From a virus (lineage: Duplodnaviria > Caudoviricetes): a stretch of DNA of 39,787 nucleotides. Positions 34,601 through 39,787 of the stretch are shown piece by piece (positions within the stretch are counted from its first letter, which is position 1; the number at the start of each line of letters is the position of its first letter). A program made the translations under genes and the position numbers. The notes beneath the pieces are model-generated. The model had not been told where the DNA came from. It made no database searches and was given only the letters and a program-made list of their open reading frames with translations. Where the stretch lies: positions 1 to 39,787 of IMG/VR virus record IMGVR_UViG_3300033067_000173; one strand, given 5' to 3'.

Positions 34601-34794
34601 AGGCTCAGCAACCGGCGACGGGCTTGATCGGAACAGCGCCAGCTGGAGCGGCGCCAGCCGCGACGGGTTTGATCCAGATGGACCCGTGGGGGCGGCTGCC
34701 CGGCGACCCGAAGTATGGGGTTCCGCCTGACAACGGCGGCGCGGCATTGAGCCCGGGCGACACTGGCGGCAGTGGTGGTGGCGGTAGTGACTGA
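31648..34794 (+). CDS. Giant Gln-rich ejection/pilot protein with hendecad repeats
   Basis: GGAG RBS; AAGRGLVNSTIAAGAG pilot-like motif; L(D/E/T)R spaced 22 or 33 aa apart. Confidence 0.85.
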   Translation: MATGLLGTLSQYNPTADLRRETYTAQTKEIDPSKETVKGQVTQMMRDDDPLMQRARAQASMGAAGRGLVNSTIAAGAGTAAMLDKATEIGKADADLYNQRTIANMGATNEAGQFNAGETNKLVGQGLGIASQFGLQKDQQSFTAGQSTAENNFKAAQSQLDRAQQTALADKSIEAQKALQVAQQNFDGAQGELTRVNQRYLQTDAQTFQAGQNTLDRAQQEKILVATQNFQRAQADLDRAQQVVLADKSIEAQKALQIATQNFQQAQAELDRAQQTTLQTSQQTFQALQSGLDRNQQAVLQDKQFTFQGSQADMDRTQQLLVQKLQESGMDARQATQLAEASRNAALDRTQQTDLQTSAQNFTAGQGLLDREFQSGENALTRQQQTDLQASAQKFGASESVLERAQQLMLADKTIDANKALQLAQQEFQRGESGLDRQQQTDLQTAAQKFGASESVLERAQQLMLADKSIDANKALQKAQQEFDSGENQLTREQQTALQKAAQEFGASESVLERAQQITIADKSIDANKALQQAQQEFDKGENLLSREQQTALQKAAQEFGASEEVLNRAQQITLADKSIDANKALQLAQQQFQSGESALDRTQQTALQTAAQEFGASQSVLDRAQQIMLADKSIDANKALQKAQQEFQTGESALDRTQQTALQEAAQTFGASQAEKDRAQQILLADKSIDANKALEMARQEFTKGENVLDRSQQSALQTAQIEAQKSLQTAQQTFQSAQAELDRAQQTALTDKGIEAQKKLQDAQQVFNAAQSDLDRTQQTSIANLQIGAQKTLQDNAQEFNKLQASLDRTQQTDLMKLQDSLNSASVAKTYAANISISTLNALNAIQADPNLTPEAKAAATTNAIGAANANMAWGATFYNLTLPGFAAPGATPGVISPDPLGSPDPEVRHKGMVEQAYASIGRSGIGTGVNNVDQAGMDWWTEQLRTGAVTEAQFKATFDNAVAEYAKNNPDSEQAKYISGYKAQQPATGLIGTAPAGAAPAATGLIQMDPWGRLPGDPKYGVPPDNGGAALSPGDTGGSGGGGSD
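32785..33774 (+). repeat. Six tandem 165-bp (55-aa) repeats
   Basis: ADK(S/T)IDANKAL recurs every 55 aa; 67-bp exact copies at 32821-32887 and 32986-33052. Confidence 0.95.
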
Positions 34795-34799
34795 GCACA

Positions 34800-35240
34800 A
34801 TGATCCACCGCAAAGCCAAGCGCGAAGATCTGGATGCGGTCATTGAGATCGCAGTGACATCGGTCTCCAATGACCCGCTTCCGGTCCAGATCGACCGGGC
34901 GGCCATGATGGAGACAGGACAGACCCTGTTGAACCCGGCCCACTTCCTGTGGGTCACCGAGGTGGACGGCAAGATCGTTGCCGCTCTGGCGGCATGTGCA
35001 CAGCAGAGCTTCTGGTTCACCAAGCTGCAGTGCTCGGTGCTGCTGTACTACTCGACAGTTCCCGGGGCCGGGCTGCCGTTGATGCGTGAGTTCGCGCGCT
35101 GGGTGAAGAGCAGATCCGGGATCAAGATCGCAGTGATCGAGCTGGAGCCCGGGGTGGACCAGAGGTTGGTGAAGGCATTCAAGCGTCTCGGCTTTTCGCG
35201 CGAGTCGATCAATTTAACGTATGTGAGGGAGCCGACATGA
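34800..35240 (+). CDS. GNAT-fold protein of the ejection module
   Basis: IHRKAKREDLDAV...VTEVDGKIV...LMREFARW...FKRLGF. Confidence 0.75.
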   Translation: MIHRKAKREDLDAVIEIAVTSVSNDPLPVQIDRAAMMETGQTLLNPAHFLWVTEVDGKIVAALAACAQQSFWFTKLQCSVLLYYSTVPGAGLPLMREFARWVKSRSGIKIAVIELEPGVDQRLVKAFKRLGFSRESINLTYVREPT

Positions 35241-36037
35241 GCAAGGTCGTAAAAAGCATCGGGAGGGGCTTGAAGAAGGTCGTTTCCGGAATCGCGAAGG
35301 TCGCGAAGAAGATCGTGAAGTCTCCCATTTTCAAGGCCATCGCTTTTGCTGCGGCGGTCTACTTCACCGGGGGCGCCATCATGGGCGCGATGGGAGGGGC
35401 CGCAGGCGGCATCTCGGGGGCAATATCAGGGGCCGGCGCTGGATTGAGTAGCGCGGCATCCGGGATCTCTGGGGCGTGGTCGTCCCTGCTCGGCGGCGAG
35501 TTCGCTGCGGCTGGAAGCTCTCTGGCTGGCGGCCTGAGCGGCGCCAGCGCGGCCGGGTCTGCCGCTGCGGGACTTACCACCGCGACCACCGCAGCCACCA
35601 CTGGAGGCGCGGCGCTCTTTTCCAGCGGCGGAGCCAGCGCGGTCGGAGGTGCACTTGGGGACACGGCCTTGGCCGCCACCCCATGGACCGGCAGCGGTCT
35701 CGCGAGCGCCGGAGCGGCGTCGTCTGCTGCGACCCCGTTCGGCGCTGGCATGGGCACGGGGCTGACCGCCCCTGCCTCGGCGCTTGGGACCGTCGGGTCT
35801 TCCGTGGGTGGCGCGGCTGGCGCGGCCGGGGCTGGCTCGCAAAGCCTTTTTGCCCAGATCATGGCGAGCAAGTACGGTGGTCCAGCACTGATTCAGGCGG
35901 GCTCTCAGCTGGCCGGCGGGCTGATCAGCTCCTACGGGGCCAGCCAGCAGCAGAAGCACCAAGAGCAGCTTGCCGAAGATGACCGCAAGCGCTACAACTC
36001 CAACGTCGGCTACAACGCCGGCTGGAAAACCTACTGA
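35237..36037 (+). CDS. Gly/Ala-rich ejection (DNA transfer) protein
   Basis: Amphipathic basic N-terminus, AAAVYFTGG, G/A-rich body. Confidence 0.75.
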   Translation: MSKVVKSIGRGLKKVVSGIAKVAKKIVKSPIFKAIAFAAAVYFTGGAIMGAMGGAAGGISGAISGAGAGLSSAASGISGAWSSLLGGEFAAAGSSLAGGLSGASAAGSAAAGLTTATTAATTGGAALFSSGGASAVGGALGDTALAATPWTGSGLASAGAASSAATPFGAGMGTGLTAPASALGTVGSSVGGAAGAAGAGSQSLFAQIMASKYGGPALIQAGSQLAGGLISSYGASQQQKHQEQLAEDDRKRYNSNVGYNAGWKTY

Positions 36038-36045
36038 GGACTGAC

Positions 36046-36531
36046 ATGACCCCGAACGGACCCACGATGCCGGTGAAGCCAAAGGTTGCCCAGATGCCAG
36101 CAGGGGAGGCCCCTGACGACGGACAGGACGACGAGAACAATCCGGCCTTCAAGGCCGCGATGGAATTCGCGATGAAGGCCCTCTACGAGAAGAAGGCCGC
36201 CATCGATGTCGCCAAGGCCTTGAAGATGTCGAAAGACCCGGTCGAGGCGCTGGCGAACGCGGCCTACGAGATGACCTCGATTGCCGACGAGAAGACCCAA
36301 GGTCAGGTGCCCGGCGATCTGTTGGTGCTGCTGGCCTCCCGGATTCTCGAGGAAGTCGCAACCATTGCGGAAGCGGCCGGTATCGACGTGAAGCCATCCG
36401 TGATCGCGCAGGCCCTCAAGCAGATGATCCTGCGCTACCTCGGGGAGCAGGGCGCCAACACCACCGAACTGCAGGGGGCGATGGACAAGGTCGACCCGGC
36501 AGAGTTCGACCGCATGGGAGAGCAAGCATGA
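36046..36531 (+). CDS. Hypothetical helical protein of the ejection module
   Basis: GAGGA RBS. Confidence 0.82.
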   Translation: MTPNGPTMPVKPKVAQMPAGEAPDDGQDDENNPAFKAAMEFAMKALYEKKAAIDVAKALKMSKDPVEALANAAYEMTSIADEKTQGQVPGDLLVLLASRILEEVATIAEAAGIDVKPSVIAQALKQMILRYLGEQGANTTELQGAMDKVDPAEFDRMGEQA

Positions 36532-37595
36532 GCAACGGGTTGATCTGGGAGGGTCTGGGTCGCGCGCTTTCGCAGGCGGGCACGACCGTTGGCGGCTACA
36601 TGGCGCAGGACGCCAAGGATCAGGAGGCCGAGCGCCTTCTCGCTTTACGGGAAGAGGCCGCCGAGAAGCGCCAGCTTGCCCTGATGGACGCCAAGGAAGC
36701 CAAGGAGGAGGCATCGGCCAAAAGGGAGGGCCTGATCGTCGTCGAGGCCGAGAAGAGCGCCAAGAAGGTCGGAGAGGACCGCAACTTCGAGAAGTTCAAG
36801 AACGCATTCCGGGCCGACGAGCAAGGCTACCCGGAGATGGAGAAGTGGTCGGACGAGCGTATCCGCGCGGCCTACGACGAGCAGCGCGGCGGCGGGAAAG
36901 ACCCTGAGTACACCGACAAGTACAGCACGCAAAGGCAGGACGTGCTGGACGAGATTCGCAAGATGGGCGGCAAGAGCAAGACCATCGAGTCCGCCCAGAG
37001 TGACGTCAAGATCGCTCAGGCCGCTGAGGCGGCTCAGGCCAAGGACGACCGCGAGAGGCGCAGGCAAGAGGCAAAGGATGTGAAAACTGAGGTCGACGGA
37101 AAAATCGCCCAGCAACGCGCCGATGCCGCCTCCACCATTGCCGCAGCCGCCCTCACTCGCGCCGAGAAGGCTGGGTCTGGTGGAGGCGGCAGCAACGCCC
37201 GCGACCGCACCAGTGAAGAGGAGCGCAAGCGCTACACCGCCCTGCTGTCTGACACCACCCGAGAGTTGAACAGCATCGACAAAGCCATCTCCGAAATCAC
37301 CAAGAAGCCCGGCAAGATCAAAGAGGGGTCTCAGGACTTTATTGACCTGACCAACCTGCGAGAGCAAAAGCAGCGCGCCATCGATGACCGCGCAACCTAC
37401 AGGAAGCTGCTAAGCGGGGATGCCGGGAGCGCCGACGCACCGGCCGAAAAACCAGCTTCTACTGTCGCCCAGAAAGATGGACAATCTACCACTGGGTCGA
37501 CCATCAAAGCGCTGCCGCCCGGCGCCGTGAAGGTGGGGACTTCTGGCGGCAAGACCGTCTACGAGGTCAACGGCAAGCGGTACATCCAGCAGTAA
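36528..37595 (+). CDS. Putative ejection protein
   Basis: GLGRALSQAG N-terminus, charged helical body; coupled. Confidence 0.78.
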   Translation: MSNGLIWEGLGRALSQAGTTVGGYMAQDAKDQEAERLLALREEAAEKRQLALMDAKEAKEEASAKREGLIVVEAEKSAKKVGEDRNFEKFKNAFRADEQGYPEMEKWSDERIRAAYDEQRGGGKDPEYTDKYSTQRQDVLDEIRKMGGKSKTIESAQSDVKIAQAAEAAQAKDDRERRRQEAKDVKTEVDGKIAQQRADAASTIAAAALTRAEKAGSGGGGSNARDRTSEEERKRYTALLSDTTRELNSIDKAISEITKKPGKIKEGSQDFIDLTNLREQKQRAIDDRATYRKLLSGDAGSADAPAEKPASTVAQKDGQSTTGSTIKALPPGAVKVGTSGGKTVYEVNGKRYIQQ

Positions 37596-37603
37596 GGACG
37601 GCA

Positions 37604-39787
37604 ATGGCGTACATTGAATTCGACGGCAGGCTTGATGACGAAGACGAGAAAAGCCGAGGCTTTGTCGAGTTCACAGGGAAGCTTGACATCGAGCGCGCCA
37701 ACATCCGCCAAGACGCCGAGATGGACCCGCGCCGTGTTGACGCGCCTGCGCCAAGCAATTTCTCATTCGACCAGCTCAAGAAGGGCGCCAGCGACCTGAT
37801 CGGTCTGGTGACCCCAAAGGAGAAGAAGTCGGTTCTCGAGGGGGCTCCTGCCCCAGCCAGCGAAGACCTGATGCTGCGCCCCGAGTACATCGAGAAGGTT
37901 CGCGAGCAGATGGCCGCGATCCCGGTCGAGGACCAGCTCAACTACCTGCGCGCCACCGCCGAGAACGACAAGACCGTCTACGGCCGAGCCGCCAAGGTTC
38001 TGCTGGCTCGCGCCGAGGTCGAGAACGCCAAGGTCACACCAGAGGGTAGGCTCGAGGCCCGTGAGCTGCTGAAGAGTGAGCCCGTCGCCCCGCGCCCGCG
38101 CAAGACCGGAACCCTTTCGCTCCCGCCCAAGGCATCCTTCCCGAACGCCGAGCCCAACATGCTGGAGGCCTACGACGGGGTGACCCGTCAGGATGTGGCG
38201 CAGGAGAGCCTGACGGCGGCCGGGCTGTCGGATGCGCGCGAGAAAGCCAAGACCGACACCGAGGTCGGATTTGACGGATACCTGCGTGAGAAGGCTGCAC
38301 AGAACAGTCCAAACCTTGCGGCCTTGACGTCCGGAGTTGCGAGCACGCTGGCCGGCACGATCAATGCGCCAGCGGTTGCAGCCGACGCCTTCAACAAGAC
38401 GGTGGTCGACCCGCTGCTCGGGATGATTGGGATGGCCCCGCTGCCCAAGGTCTCGACCATGCCGGGGACGGAGTCGCTCACGAAGATGGCGTCCGAGTAC
38501 ATGCCGAAGGTCGCCAACATGGGGCTGGATGAGGCGTGGAAGTCTGACAACTTCGGGCTGTGGCTGACCACCAACCTTGCCGCCAACGTGCCTCAGATGG
38601 CGCAGAGCATGATCGCCATGTACGCCGCCCCGCTGCGGTCGATGCTTCTCCCGGCTATGGGCGCGCAGGCTGCCGGATCAAGCTACGTTGAGGGCGACGA
38701 CTCCCGTGTTGCGCTGGCAAAGGGTGGTGTCGAGATCGTCACCGAGATGCTCCCGCTGGCCGCCTTCGACAAGATCGGCAAGGCCATCGCCGGGCTCACG
38801 CTGCCGAGCCAGAAGGCCGTGCTGGCGGTCGCCGGCCAGAAGCTGCTGGGCGCCGGGGCCTCGATCACCGTCAACTCGGTCACCAACGCTATCGAGGAGA
38901 CGGCCGCCCAGTTTGGCGGCAACGCTCTGGACAAGTACGTCGCCGGCAAGGACATCGAGCTGACCAAGGATGTTGGCAAGTCCGCGCTAATCGGAGCCCT
39001 GAGCGGCGGAACCATGAGCATGCCGCAGAGCGCGGCCATGCTGGCTACCCCGGGCTCCAGAGAGTCTGCCGCAGCGAGAGGCTTGAGCGACGTCATTGAT
39101 TCAGCCAACTTCACGCAGGCCGGCGTCAATACCGATGCGTCCGAGCTGATCCGTACCGGCTCAGTCACAGGCCAGATCCGGCCTGACGCCACCGCCCTGC
39201 CCGGCCAGAACCCTAAAGCCCTCGACTTCGAGCGCTCCCGCCTCGAGCAGCTCCGCGCCACCGCCTTCACCCCCGAGGAGACCGCGACCGCCGTCACCGA
39301 CCCGGGCATCGAGTCCATCGACGAGGCGATCTACACCGCTCAGGCCACGGTCGACCAGACCAACAAGGCCGCCAACGCTGACGCCATCCTGACACGGGTG
39401 GATCTGGCGCAAACCCTGCCATCCGTTTTCGATAACCCGACCACCCCTTCTGCGGAACCTACCCTCCCCACGGCCGGAACCCTCCCCGGGGTTGAGCCCG
39501 TCACGATCTGGACCGGGCGCAAAGGAGACGGCTACGACACGCAGGATGCGGCCAAATCGGGCCTGAACACGGTCACCAAGGCCAACCCCTCACTGGACTG
39601 GAAAATCGAGCCTATGGCCTCCGGCAAGTTCCGGGTGGCCGGGTATGAGCGCGCTCAGGCTGGCCCGGTCCAGCGGGTCACCGAGATCCGGGACAATGCC
39701 GCCCTGTCGGCCTTCGTCAACCAGCAGGTTGCGGATGCCCCGGTCGAAGCTCCGATTTCAAATCGGACCTTTCCAGACTCTGGTCAA
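37604..39787 (+). CDS. Large internal virion/ejection protein, 3'-truncated (>728 aa)
   Basis: Not in ORF track; ATG 37604 with AAGGA RBS (MAYIEFDGRLD...); the same frame is open at the window end; start and end were translated by hand, the middle was not checked codon by codon. Confidence 0.85.
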   Translation, partial: MAYIEFDGRLDDEDEKSRGFVEFTGKLDIERANIRQDAEMDPRRVDAPAPSNFSFDQLKKGASDLIGLVTPKEKKSVLEGAPAPASEDLMLRPEYIEKVREQMAAIPVEDQLNYLRATAENDKTVYGRAAKVLLARAEVENAKVTPEGRLEARELLKSEPVAPRPRKTGTLSLPPKASFPNAEPNMLEAYDGVTRQDVAQESLTAAGLSDAREKAKTDTEVGFDGYLREKAAQNSPNLAALTSGVASTLAGTINAPAVAADAFNKTVVDPLLGMIGMAPLPKVSTMPGTESLTKMASEYMPKVANMGLDEAWKSDNFGLWLTTNLAANVPQMAQSMIAMYAAPLRSMLLPAMGAQAAGSSYVEGDDSRVALAKGGVEIVTEMLPLAAFDKIGKAIAGLTLPSQKAVLAVAGQKLLGAGASITVNSVTNAIEETAAQFGGNALDKYVAGKDIELTKDVGKSALIGALSGGTMSMPQSAAMLATPGSRESAAARGLSDVIDSANFTQAGVNTDASELIRTGSVTGQIRPDATALPGQNPKALDFERSRLEQLRATAFTPEETATAVTDPGIESIDEAIYTAQATVDQTNKAANADAILTRVDLAQTLPSVFDNPTTPSAEPTLPTAGTLPGVEPVTIWTGRKGDGYDTQDAAKSGLNTVTKANPSLDWKIEPMASGKFRVAGYERAQAGPVQRVTEIRDNAALSAFVNQQVADAPVEAPISNRTFPDSGQ

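Larger units (their letters stand above)
1..39787. mobile_element. Tailed phage/prophage genome segment (podovirus-like, N4-gp56-type capsid, Q-type late control)
   Basis: TerS-TerL-portal-scaffold-MCP-adaptor-tail hub-fibre-ejection gene order; no tail tube, sheath or tape-measure chaperones; dense early operon; no host housekeeping genes. Confidence 0.96.

Overview
The window is a ~40 kb piece of a GC-rich dsDNA tailed phage or prophage with podovirus-like morphogenesis genes; a betaproteobacterial host is only a guess. Positions 1-9140 form a leftward, translationally coupled early operon of about 28 mostly small genes. It includes an array of mosaic paralogs, an NrdR-like Zn ribbon, a replication initiator with internal iteron-like repeats, an HD phosphohydrolase, a DUF2591 protein and a possible SAM lyase. 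It is driven by a sigma70 promoter at ~9489-9517 through a ~340-nt structured leader. Rightward genes from 9699 are a membrane protein and a PD-(D/E)XK nuclease (both apparently leaderless), a DUF2829/Tad2 fusion, a Q-like antiterminator, TerS, TerL, a pre-portal appendage cassette, portal, scaffold, an N4-gp56-type major capsid, adaptor, tail hub, tail fibre, and the ejection proteins. The ejection proteins include a 1048-aa protein with a hendecad repeat, and the last one runs off the window. I recognised no integrase, cI/cro pair, lysis cassette, tRNA or CRISPR array. The best candidates for new biology are two structured non-coding RNAs, the module-shuffled early gene array, the Tad2 fusion and other possible anti-defence genes, and the giant phiX174-H-like ejection protein. 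All family assignments come from recognising motifs by eye, not from database searches.
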